DNA from: Candidatus Brocadiia bacterium
GTDB taxonomy: Bacteria; Planctomycetota; Brocadiia; CAIUPP01
Assembly (NCBI GenBank): GCA_050015075.1
Contig: JBEKCB010000010.1
Coordinates: 32,001 to 96,000, forward strand
Reading direction: 5' to 3'
DNA: 64,000 nt
Shown: positions 46,869 to 55,656 of the stretch, piece after piece
How the letters are laid out: every line of letters begins with the position of its first letter
Numbering within the stretch: position 1 is the stretch's first letter
The notes under the pieces: generated by a model
Told to the model about the DNA's origin: nothing
The model's input: only the letters and a program-made list of their open reading frames with translations
The model's database searches: none
Position numbers and translations under genes: made by a program

Positions 46869-49502
46869 CTACTTCCTCGCGGCGCGCTTGGCGACGATGC
46901 GGCGGACTTCGTCGTAGCCGGAGCGGTTCCGCAGGCCCAGGCTTTCTTCCACGCGCGCGATCGGCAGGGCGATCACCGGCGTGCCGGCGCGCACCAGCGC
47001 GCGCGCCATCTCGTTGGGGAAGCCCAACTCGCCTGACTTGGTATTGTACCGCCCCGCCGTTTCGTCCCACATCTCCACGTGCAGGCCGGGCAGCGTGCCC
47101 TTGAGAAGGCGCGCGCTGAGGAGAAAAGCGCCGACGTTCGTTTCACCAAGGCGTTTGGTCGGCGCCCCTTCGGCGGCGGTCTCGCGCGAGGCCACCACGT
47201 AGCCGTGCAGGTCGCGCTGGATCGGAGCGTAGGGGGTGCGCGTGACGGCCGCCGGGAACAACATCGAAGATGACCCAAGCGCCTGGTAGACCACAACGCT
47301 GCGCGCGAGGGTGTCGGCGCTCAGCAGAGGCTGTGAGCCCCAGACGACGAGCACGTCCGTCTCGCCATTGCGGATCTCAGGGATGGCGGTGAGCACGGCA
47401 TGGCCGGTGCCAAGCGGCTTCTGCTGGACGACGACGCGCGTTCCTCGCGGCAGCCGTATCTCCTTGAGGAGTTTGCCTTTCATGGCCGGGCTGACGACGA
47501 TGATGGGCGGCAAGGTCTTGAAGGGCATCGCCGCCAGGGAATCGAGCACGCGCGCGATGGAGGGCTTGCCGTCAATGACGTTGAGCGCCGCCGGACTGCG
47601 ATATCCTCCGCCCAGCCGGAGCTTTCCACGGCCGCCGGCGACGATGACGGGCTGAATCGGGTGCAGGAGTTTGAAGGCGGCCGCGCGAGGAATGCCCAGC
47701 AATTCGCAGGTGGACTTCTCGATCACCGGCGCGTACGTCTCCCATTTCCACCAGATGGCGCTGGCGTTGACCACCGCCCGCCGGAGCACGTCGCGCAGGC
47801 AGAGCAAGCCGAACCCTTCGCCGGGGGTGCTGACGGTGACGCTGCCCTCGGCAAGGCCGTTGCGGCTGCGAGGGGCGTAGTATCCGGACTGCACGCGGTC
47901 CACCAATTCCGCGACATGCTCCTTGGATACCAGGGCCAGGACATTTCCGCCGAACCCGCCGCCCATCAAGCGCGCGCCGTAGACGCCGGCATGGCCAAGG
48001 ATGATGTCCGTCAGTTCGTCAATGTCGGGAGTCGTCAGCTCGTACAAATCACGCAGGCTCTCATGCGTCTCGGTTATGAGGTCACCCACGGCCCGCAGGC
48101 CGGGTTCGGTCTTCTCGGGCGCCTCGGGCATGCGGGAAGAGAAGATCTCCTGGAGAATCCGAACGGCCTCGCGGACCCGCACGACCTCGCCGGCATGATG
48201 GAGCGCCCGCGGGCGGATGGCGATGGGCCGGCCGCCCATCTCGTTCGCCAAACGCGGATAGCCGCGCTCCAGTTCCGCATACACGGACGGGAAATCCCGG
48301 CGGATCTCCGTCAACGTCACGCTCTCCGGCAGCACGCTCAGGATCTCGCGCGCCTCGTATCCGGCCGCGACCTCGTCTGTCTGGGTCGAGAGCGTTTTCA
48401 CCACGCCGTTCCAGCGTTCGCCGAGAGCCGGATCCTGCCGACAAAGGCGTTCGAGGAGGGCGGGGATCAGCAGACGTGAGACGGCGGAGCGCTCGTTGAA
48501 CTTGAGGAACACATCGCCGCTCTTGTCCGCCGGGTGCGAGAAGAAAGCAACCCACCGATACCGGAAGCGATGCAGCGGAACGAGGCTGGTCTTGAACGGG
48601 GAGAAGTTCAGGTGCAGGGCGCTCTGCCGGCGCGAGAGGCACATGGTGTAGTGGTCCATGTTCCCGCCCCGCGTCCCGATGTACCACTCCGCCAGGGCCG
48701 AGTCCTCCGCGAGGGAACCGGCGTCGAACGGCAGACGATTGGCCACGCGCGTTGCCGCGCCGGTGAGGACCACCACGGCCGAGGAGGACGAGGCGCCGCC
48801 GGCTGCGGGAATGGTGGAATCGAGCAGGAAGTCGAAACCGCGCCGGAGTCTGCCGTACTTCATGGCGCAGAAGAAGACCGAGGCTTTGACGTAGTTGATC
48901 CAGTGGCGCCGAGGCGTGCCCACACGGTGCAGGTACGCCAGCCAATAGTCTTCGAGGGACGCGCCGGGCGCGCGTTTCTCCCGTGGGCCTTCGTCGGCGC
49001 GGAACTCCGCCGGCTCCGCCGCCGGCAGCGTGGAGCATCCGCGCACGCGCGGCTTGTCGGTGGGGCGGAAAAGGATCAGCATGTCATGCTCGCGGCTGGC
49101 AAACGGAAGCACCTCGGTGGGCAGGTAGCGCACGTAGTCCACGTGCTCGCCGAGAATATTGATGCGGGCCGGGGCGCGACCCAGCGTCACGGGACCCGGC
49201 CCATAGCGGCTTGCGAATTGTTCGATCGCGCCGGCATACCGGTTGACTTGCCGATGGATCCGCGCCGCCCCGTTTCCGTAAAGGTGTCGAAACGTATAGA
49301 GCAGCGCCAGCGCGAGCGGATTTCCCGTCGTATGATGGCGCGCCATATAGTCAATCAGCGCCTCCTCCGGCCCCTCCGGCACAATGGCCTCGCCCTCCCA
49401 ATCGAGCAGATGCCGCGCCTGCTCAAGGACGCCCAGCAGGAGGCCGGAGTCCATGAGGAGATGCTCCATCTCGTATTCGTTCACCGGCAGCACATTGGGC
49501 AC
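46869..49502 (-). CDS. Galactokinase-like GHMP kinase fused to a C-terminal GlmU-like nucleotidyltransferase domain
   Basis: RAPARINILGEHVDY, PAAGGASSSSA, GGNMDH, GARLMGGGFGG; then VIVAGGRG, QQKPLGTGHAV, ETNVGAF. Start uncertain (49469-49601). Confidence 0.85.
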   Translation of the reverse strand: MPNVLPVNEYEMEHLLMDSGLLLGVLEQARHLLDWEGEAIVPEGPEEALIDYMARHHTTGNPLALALLYTFRHLYGNGAARIHRQVNRYAGAIEQFASRYGPGPVTLGRAPARINILGEHVDYVRYLPTEVLPFASREHDMLILFRPTDKPRVRGCSTLPAAEPAEFRADEGPREKRAPGASLEDYWLAYLHRVGTPRRHWINYVKASVFFCAMKYGRLRRGFDFLLDSTIPAAGGASSSSAVVVLTGAATRVANRLPFDAGSLAEDSALAEWYIGTRGGNMDHYTMCLSRRQSALHLNFSPFKTSLVPLHRFRYRWVAFFSHPADKSGDVFLKFNERSAVSRLLIPALLERLCRQDPALGERWNGVVKTLSTQTDEVAAGYEAREILSVLPESVTLTEIRRDFPSVYAELERGYPRLANEMGGRPIAIRPRALHHAGEVVRVREAVRILQEIFSSRMPEAPEKTEPGLRAVGDLITETHESLRDLYELTTPDIDELTDIILGHAGVYGARLMGGGFGGNVLALVSKEHVAELVDRVQSGYYAPRSRNGLAEGSVTVSTPGEGFGLLCLRDVLRRAVVNASAIWWKWETYAPVIEKSTCELLGIPRAAAFKLLHPIQPVIVAGGRGKLRLGGGYRSPAALNVIDGKPSIARVLDSLAAMPFKTLPPIIVVSPAMKGKLLKEIRLPRGTRVVVQQKPLGTGHAVLTAIPEIRNGETDVLVVWGSQPLLSADTLARSVVVYQALGSSSMLFPAAVTRTPYAPIQRDLHGYVVASRETAAEGAPTKRLGETNVGAFLLSARLLKGTLPGLHVEMWDETAGRYNTKSGELGFPNEMARALVRAGTPVIALPIARVEESLGLRNRSGYDEVRRIVAKRAARK

Positions 49503-49709
49503 GTTCTTGGCCTTGCAGAAACCAGGGTGTGAACTCTCCGCGGAAATCACTGCGGGGCGACAGGTTCCCGCTCGTGCGGCGCAGTATACCACCGCGCCCA
49601 CGAAGATGCCACGCCGGGCAGTGCCGGAGCGAACAGTCCGGACGTCGGTTATGATTGGGACTTGAAGACGGTTACGGGTGTCCCCACGATAGCTCTGGAA
49701 CAGCCCCGT

Positions 49710-50351
49710 TCAGAGCCTGGACAAGGGGGCATCCATGAGAACGAGCGGATAGACAAAGGCGGCCAAAATCGTGTGGGACGCCGCAAGCAGCCAGATGTTC
49801 GGCCACCTGCGATAGAGCAGTGACCACGACACGCCGGCCGCGAACGTCAAAGCCATGAGAGTGTTGTTGCCCGCGTGCACGGCCGCAAATGCTGCCGCTG
49901 TAATGAGAATCTGCAGGACCGGTGACCGGATGAGAACCACGAGGCCACGGTGAAGCAGTCCTTGGAACGCCAACTGCTGGACCACGGCCCAGACCGGATA
50001 GACCGCGAGAAGCACGCCGACCTGCGGAGACCATGCGGGTTGACCGTGAGCGAATGCCCAGCCCACCAGCGCGACGCATGCTGCGAGGGTGAACGAGGCG
50101 ATAGGAAGAAGCGCCGCCCGCAGGTTGTCAATTCGAAAGCCGAGGTCGCGCCAGGAATGGGGACGACGCATGGCGAGGTAAATCGCGTAGGCGGTGACCG
50201 CAACGCCGACCGCAAGGAATGACCAGCGCTTCTCTGCGCGCAGTGCTTCGAGTATGACGTAGAGGAGTGAGATGCCGATCACGACGCAAATGTCGGTGGC
50301 AGCGATCCGCCGCGGTATTACGGTGCTATTACATGTATTATGGGCAGGCAA
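49710..50351 (-). CDS. CPBP/Abi (CAAX-II) family intramembrane protein with degenerate catalytic motif
   Basis: Multi-TM; RDLGF; FAAVH and ASH motifs present; EExxxR replaced by QQLAFQ. Confidence 0.75.
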   Translation of the reverse strand: MPAHNTCNSTVIPRRIAATDICVVIGISLLYVILEALRAEKRWSFLAVGVAVTAYAIYLAMRRPHSWRDLGFRIDNLRAALLPIASFTLAACVALVGWAFAHGQPAWSPQVGVLLAVYPVWAVVQQLAFQGLLHRGLVVLIRSPVLQILITAAAFAAVHAGNNTLMALTFAAGVSWSLLYRRWPNIWLLAASHTILAAFVYPLVLMDAPLSRL

Positions 50352-50458
50352 ACTCTATTTCTTCCATCCCCGCGAGCAGCGGCTGGCGCTCCATCAGTTC
50401 TCGCGGATCGTATTCAGCGCCGCCTCGACGCGCCGGCGTGAGGCCATGGGCGTTTTCA

Positions 50459-51529
50459 TCACCTTTTCAGCCCGTGCTCCATGAGCAGAAGCGTGCCCAG
50501 AGTGGCGTCCGGCGCCTCGACGTGGGCTGTGACGGCCTCGGCGATCCGCGCCAGCGGAAAGCGGTGCGTCACGAGCGCCCGCACATTCAGCTTCCCCTCG
50601 GAAATCAGGCGCAGGACGTACTCCATGTTGGAGCGGGTGGTCCAGCGCATGAAAACGGCGGGATACGCGGCCTCGCCATGCTCCCAGGTCTCGTCATGAT
50701 AGCCTGGACCCGTTCGGGCGCAGCAGCGCAGGTCGAGATTGCCGAGCCCGGCGCCCCAGTGGCAGAGGGTGTTCAGCGCACCGACCAGGCAAATGCGGCC
50801 CATGGCGTGTGTATCCGGGGAGAGCTTCATGACCTTCGTGACGCTTTGAAGAGCCTGCGTGCCGTCTCCGCCGATGGCCATGACCGCCATGTCGAAACCC
50901 GATCCGCGCGTGAACTCGGCGGCGACCCGCGTTTCATCTTCCGACCCGACGACCGTGGCCGCGTCAATCCCCCAACGGCGGGCGACCTCGCAGCGGAAGG
51001 GGAGCTTGTCCCATCCCATGACGTACATGCCGGCCACCTGGCCGATCCGCGCCGACAACTGGCCCACGAGCCCAAGCCCGACGACGAGCAGGTATTCGCC
51101 GAGTTGAGGTTCACCGCGGCGGATGGCGTGAAGCGCCGTCATGGCGAGGTGGGCAAAGGCGCCTTCCTCGAAGCTGACGTTATCCGGCAGGCGGGCGCAG
51201 AGCTTGATCGGGACGACCGCGAAGTCGGCATGCTGGGCATATCCGGCGCCCATGCAGGCGACGCGGTCGCCGGGCTTGAACTCCTCTGCGCCGGGGCCGC
51301 ACTCGAGGACGACGCCGGAGTTCTGGTAGCCGAAAGGCTTCGGGGCCGCCGACGCGGCGGGGGAAGACTGGCGCGCCTTGGCGACGCCGCTGAGTTCCGT
51401 GCCGGGGCTGATGAGCGAGGCGTGCACCTGGACCCGCACGGTTCCTCTTCGAAGCGGCGGCATCGGTTGCGTGATGACCAGGGCGTGACCGGCGGCATCC
51501 AGCGCGCCGACTTGGCGGACCTGGGGCAT
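50459..51529 (-). CDS. Medium-chain (zinc-type) dehydrogenase, probably sugar-related
   Basis: SLISPGTE, FGYQNSG, FKPGDRV, Rossmann VVGLGLVG. Start moved to MPQVRQ (AAGGA RBS). Confidence 0.88.
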   Translation of the reverse strand: MPQVRQVGALDAAGHALVITQPMPPLRRGTVRVQVHASLISPGTELSGVAKARQSSPAASAAPKPFGYQNSGVVLECGPGAEEFKPGDRVACMGAGYAQHADFAVVPIKLCARLPDNVSFEEGAFAHLAMTALHAIRRGEPQLGEYLLVVGLGLVGQLSARIGQVAGMYVMGWDKLPFRCEVARRWGIDAATVVGSEDETRVAAEFTRGSGFDMAVMAIGGDGTQALQSVTKVMKLSPDTHAMGRICLVGALNTLCHWGAGLGNLDLRCCARTGPGYHDETWEHGEAAYPAVFMRWTTRSNMEYVLRLISEGKLNVRALVTHRFPLARIAEAVTAHVEAPDATLGTLLLMEHGLKR

Positions 51530-51539
51530 GGTGGTTCCT

Positions 51540-51625
51540 TTCAGCCGGGATTTGCCATTGGACCGTCCTCCAGTGGCAGTCCGCATTCGAACATGCGATT
51601 GTACGTTCAAAGTGCCCGCTGTCAA
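51540..51625 (-). promoter_or_regulatory. Sigma70 promoter TTGACA-N16-TACAAT plus conserved leader element (copy B)
   Basis: Sense strand: TTGACAgcgggcactttgaacgTACAATcgcatgttcgaatgcgGACTGCCactggagGACGGTCcaatggcaaatcccggctgaa, then the RBS. Confidence 0.78.
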
Positions 51626-51897
51626 GCGATTTCTCCGCGGCCTTGGAAAACGTTCCGCCCATGCGCGCCCCTCGCGCTCCTGGAATCCTTGCGGACACAG
51701 TGGTATCATGCCTGCGGCTGACGGGGTGACTTCGGCGGCTGGTTGAAGCAGCCTGGCCAAGGTCTGGTGGGCCCCTTGGGCAATCCGGTACTCGAAAGAA
51801 TCTCGCAAGAAAACCTACGAATACCCATATCCAACCAATACCGTCACCTGCCCGTCAGGAACGTGTTCCCAGCGCGAGGCCAACATGGAGACTCTTC

Positions 51898-53016
51898 ATG
51901 CCATTCTGGACTTCAACGACCCAGGATCGCGAGAGCCTGTTCTTCTACCAGCGAAAAGAAGGCGAGCAGGCCTGGGCGCCGTTGCTTTTCCCGCCGGACA
52001 AGATCCTTTCCGTGCGCAGCTCGAACGGGACGGCAACCTACGAAGAGGGCAAGGACTTCGTATTGGAGAAGGAAAGCGGCGTGCTGCGCCTGGTCCCCGG
52101 ATCGAGGATTCCGTTCAAGACGCCCGGCGAGATACATCCGCCGGCGAACAGCGAGCTTCCCAAGTACAAGGCGAAGCGTGGTGATCCCGCCACTTACCTG
52201 ATGTTCGGCGAAGGCCACTTCTTCCACGACTTGCAGGTGGACGTGACCTACACGCACGCGGCCGGCCTCTGGAAGGGATACGTGCCGCGATACCAGGGTG
52301 AGAAACTGCCGATCGCGCTGGGCAAATTGAGGCGGAAGCAGCCGATCACCCTGTGTACACTCGGTGACAGCATCACCGAGGGCGGCAACGCCAGCAAGGT
52401 GGTTGGCGTCGAGCCGTTTCAGCCCGCTTACGGCGAGTTAGTGGCGCTCGGCCTCGAGAAAGCCTACGGGGCCAAGGTGACCTTCAGGAACTTCGGGGTC
52501 GGCGGCTGGACTTCCACGCAGGGGCTTGCCGACATTGATCGCGTGACCGCCGGCTCGAAGCCCGATCTGGCGATCATCGCCTTCGGCATGAACGACGCGT
52601 GCGGCGGCGACATGGCGAAGTTCGTTGCCAACATCCGCGGCATGATGGATGCGATCAAGGCCGCCGCGTCGGAGGCGGAGTTCGTCCTGGTTGCGCCGAT
52701 GCTACCGAATGCTGAGTGGGACGCCCCGAAAATGGAGAACTTTCCGGTGATTCGTGAGACGCTGGCCGGCCTTTGCGGGAAGGGCGCGGTCCTGGCGGAC
52801 GTGACGTCGGTCTGGGCCGACCTGCTCAAGCGCAAGGCGTTCCTCGACCTGACCGGCAACGGCTTGAATCATCCGAACGATTTCGGACACCGCGTTTACG
52901 CGCAAACCATTCTGGCGCTCCTGGTCCCGCCCGGCGTGGCGGCCGGGATCGGAGAGCAGAAGGAGCAGGCGAGGCGGGGAAGTTCGGAGGACGGTCCAAT
53001 GGGAAATCCCGGTTAA
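51898..53016 (+). CDS. SGNH/GDSL hydrolase
   Basis: LGDSITEG (S), NFGVGG (G), FGMND (N), NHPNDFGH (H). Confidence 0.9.
   Translation: MPFWTSTTQDRESLFFYQRKEGEQAWAPLLFPPDKILSVRSSNGTATYEEGKDFVLEKESGVLRLVPGSRIPFKTPGEIHPPANSELPKYKAKRGDPATYLMFGEGHFFHDLQVDVTYTHAAGLWKGYVPRYQGEKLPIALGKLRRKQPITLCTLGDSITEGGNASKVVGVEPFQPAYGELVALGLEKAYGAKVTFRNFGVGGWTSTQGLADIDRVTAGSKPDLAIIAFGMNDACGGDMAKFVANIRGMMDAIKAAASEAEFVLVAPMLPNAEWDAPKMENFPVIRETLAGLCGKGAVLADVTSVWADLLKRKAFLDLTGNGLNHPNDFGHRVYAQTILALLVPPGVAAGIGEQKEQARRGSSEDGPMGNPG
52986..53016 (+). repeat. Partial copy of the conserved element in the last codons of the SGNH gene (copy E)
   Basis: ggagGACGGTCcaatgggaaatcccggttaa, nearly identical to the 3' part of copy B. 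Confidence 0.7.
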
Positions 53017-53086
53017 CGTGACGGGGCTGCCCGCGCCGGGCGTGTGGACTGACATCGGGGGCACTTCTGGAAAGGACGAGGGAAAT

Positions 53087-54037
53087 ATGATCAGACCTGG
53101 AAAGACATGGCTGGACACGGATGGCAACGTCATCCAGGCGCACGGTGGCGGCGTCAACTTCTTCAATGGGCGTTACTACTGGTATGGCGAAAACAAGACC
53201 GGCTGCAGCGCGAAGCAGTCGGAAGGGAAACCGTGGCATGCCGGCGCCAATTGTTACTCTTCGTCCGATCTGTATAACTGGACCTTTGAGGGAACCGTGT
53301 TGCCCGCGACGTCACCTGAATTCGGCCATGAGCTCAACCCGCGCAGGATCATGGATCGTCCCCATGTTCTTTTCAACAAAGCGAACGGCATCTACGTGAT
53401 GTGGATGAAACTCGTGCCCGCCAACTGGCAGGACCAGCATGTCGGAATTGCCACCTCGCCCTCGCCGACCGGGCCCTTCACTCTGAAAAAGATCCTTCAC
53501 CCGAACGGCATGTGCGCCGGAGACGCAAATCTGTTCGCCGAGGCCAGCGACGGAAAGGCGTACTATGTCTTCGGCCGGCCCCACACCGAGGTCGTGGTAG
53601 CCGATCTGACTCCCGACTACCTGGATACAACGGGAATGTATAGCTGCCACTTCCCTCAACCGGGTGATCCGTGGGGCCGCGAGGCGCCGGCCATCTTCAA
53701 GCACAAGCATACCTATTACATGATTACATCGGGGACTACCGGATATCGTGCCAATGAAGCGCAGTGGGCCAGCGCACCTTTGATCCATGGTCCCTGGACC
53801 GTCCACGGCAATCCCTGCATCGGTGTGGGAAGCGGCACGACATTCGACTCCCAGATCACGGTGGTATTCGAAGTGGCCGATCGGCCCGGATGTTTCATCG
53901 CCATGGCGGACCGGTGGAATAGCGAAGACATCGAAGCCTCGACCTACGTCTGGCTGCCCTTGCAGTTCAGAGACGGCATTCTCGTCATCAACTGGTTTGA
54001 TGAATGGGATTTGTCCTGGTTTGAGAAGAAGCACTAG
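53087..54037 (+). CDS. Glycoside hydrolase family 43 (GH43_24-like)
   Basis: WLDTDGNVIQAHGGG, YYWYGE, YSSSDLYNW, REAPAIFK, TFDSQ, MADRW, YVWLPL. Confidence 0.9.
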   Translation: MIRPGKTWLDTDGNVIQAHGGGVNFFNGRYYWYGENKTGCSAKQSEGKPWHAGANCYSSSDLYNWTFEGTVLPATSPEFGHELNPRRIMDRPHVLFNKANGIYVMWMKLVPANWQDQHVGIATSPSPTGPFTLKKILHPNGMCAGDANLFAEASDGKAYYVFGRPHTEVVVADLTPDYLDTTGMYSCHFPQPGDPWGREAPAIFKHKHTYYMITSGTTGYRANEAQWASAPLIHGPWTVHGNPCIGVGSGTTFDSQITVVFEVADRPGCFIAMADRWNSEDIEASTYVWLPLQFRDGILVINWFDEWDLSWFEKKH

Positions 54038-54123
54038 CCGCTCCGGCACTGTGCATCAGTGGCGCAGGAGGAAGGCAGATAATAGGGCTTGCAATGAGCA
54101 CGAGGCGCCAGGTGTGATGTCAA

Positions 54124-54390
54124 ATGTCCAATGAAATCAAGATTGACCTGCACGACGTCAACAACGACTCCGACGCCATTGACCAGGCGTTGGCGGGTGC
54201 GCTGGAGCAGGCGCGACGAACGCGGACGAAGTGCCTTCAAATCGTTCACGGCAAGGGGAGCGGCCAGCTCAAGAAACGCGTGGCCCGGTTCCTCCAGTCG
54301 CCCGAGGTTCGTGCCGTTGCGCGGAACGTGGACAACGATTCGAAGAACTGGGGGAGAGTCTTTGTGTACTTTCGGTGGCCGGAGAGGTAG
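54124..54390 (+). CDS. Stand-alone Smr domain protein
   Basis: IDLHD, IVHGKGSGQLK, NWG. Confidence 0.85.
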   Translation: MSNEIKIDLHDVNNDSDAIDQALAGALEQARRTRTKCLQIVHGKGSGQLKKRVARFLQSPEVRAVARNVDNDSKNWGRVFVYFRWPER

Positions 54391-54483
54391 GGTCTGTCCC
54401 ACAAGCTTGCAGCTCCGCCGCATGGCATGACAGGCGCTTCGAGCGGAAGCGCGCAAGGTGGGTGGATAAAGGCCGAGACCGCG

Positions 54484-55077
54484 ATGAATCGTGACCAGGA
54501 AGACGCCCCTGAGCGGATTGTCCCACCGACCCCGAGAGGTTTGATGGACGTGATCGCCCGCAGGGTGAGCTGCCGCGCCTACAGGCCTGACCCAGTCCCG
54601 CAGGAACACATGGTACAGATTCTGGAAGCCGCCCGGCTCGCCCCGTCCGCCTGCAATAAGCAGCCGTGGCGTTTCGCGGTGGTCCGCGACGCTAATCTGC
54701 GGCGGCGGATCGCGGAGGAGGGCTTCCTTCCCGGCATCAAGATGGATTGGGTCCTGGATGCACCGGTCCATATCGTGATCGGCATGCAGACTTCCTTTGT
54801 GACCCACCGGCTGGGCGCCTCGATTTCGGGCGTGGACTACCCGTGGGTGGACATCGGCATTGCCGGGGAGCATCTCGTGCTGGCGGCGACGGAACTGGGC
54901 CTGGGCACCTGTTGGATCGGGTGGATCAAGCCCCGTACCACGGCAGGAATCGTCGGATGGCCGAGGTCCGTCAAACCGGTGGCGGTCATCACCGTGGGCT
55001 ATCCCCGTGAACCGGAAGCGAATAGCCTGCCGGCCTCCCGGCGCAAAGCGTTGGACGAAATCGCACTATGGTTGTGA
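54484..55077 (+). CDS. Nitroreductase family protein
   Basis: RRVSCRAY, ARLAPSACNKQPWRF, LGLGTCWIG, ITVGYP. Start uncertain. Confidence 0.9.
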   Translation: MNRDQEDAPERIVPPTPRGLMDVIARRVSCRAYRPDPVPQEHMVQILEAARLAPSACNKQPWRFAVVRDANLRRRIAEEGFLPGIKMDWVLDAPVHIVIGMQTSFVTHRLGASISGVDYPWVDIGIAGEHLVLAATELGLGTCWIGWIKPRTTAGIVGWPRSVKPVAVITVGYPREPEANSLPASRRKALDEIALWL

Positions 55078-55119
55078 TGAGCGCCGATGGAGTTGGCGCT
55101 GCAATAAAGCGAAGTTCAC

Positions 55120-55147
55120 TTGATAATCCCGGATTTTTCGGTATAGT
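55120..55147 (+). promoter_or_regulatory. Candidate sigma70 promoter TTGATA-N16-TATAGT
   Basis: Upstream of the RDD remnant and efflux operon. Confidence 0.45.
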
Positions 55148-55207
55148 GGCGGACAACTAGGGTGTGCCTGCCGCAATCAGCCGGCGGTCCGTGAAAAGGA
55201 GCAAGTC

Positions 55208-55613
55208 ATGGCCGACGGGCAACAGCCTGCCGATCAGAACCTGGTGCAGTGCGAGATCACGAAGCAATGGGTGCCGGCGGATCAAATCATCGAGATCCAG
55301 GGGCACAGAGTCTGCAGCGCCGGGAAGGAGATTTTCCTCCGGCATCTCGAGAGCGGCCAGCCGCTCCCCGGCGAAATGGAACGCCCGATTGTTGTTACGC
55401 AATACATGGCCGGGATGCTGCAATTTCCACCGCGGCCCGAACATGCTGGCGCGCCTGGCCATTCTGGTCTTATCCAAGCCGAGCGTCAGCATCCTCAGCT
55501 ATGTCGGCTTCGCCTACCTCCTCGCCAACATTATTGTGGCGCTGGCGGACCGCAATTCGCAGCGAGCGCTGCATGACCGTCTGGCCGGAACGCGGGTGAT
55601 CACCCTTGGCTGA
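55208..55613 (+). pseudogene. Internally deleted, frameshifted RDD-family gene
   Basis: Strong RBS (AAGGAG) and N-terminus VQCEITKQ...HRVCSAGKEIFL...EMERP in one frame. The RDD C-terminal signature QRALHDRLAGTRVI is in another frame. The central TM part is missing. Confidence 0.7.
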
Positions 55614-55656
55614 CCGTGATTCCGAACGCAGAGCCTGAGCAACGCGGGAGAACGAT

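Noticed and set aside
6491-53016. Dispersed element read as integron attC sites or CRISPR repeats
   Set aside because: No RYYYAAC/GTTRRRY ends, no regular spacing, no intact integrase or cas genes. The best copies sit in 5' leaders behind promoters.
55080-55132. Fluoride-riboswitch-like GCGCCGATGGAGTTGGCGC...TGATAATCCC
   Set aside because: P1 and pseudoknot pairing are imperfect and no fluoride-related gene follows. It is more simply a hairpin after the nitroreductase stop plus a -35 box. cmscan with RF01734 would settle it.
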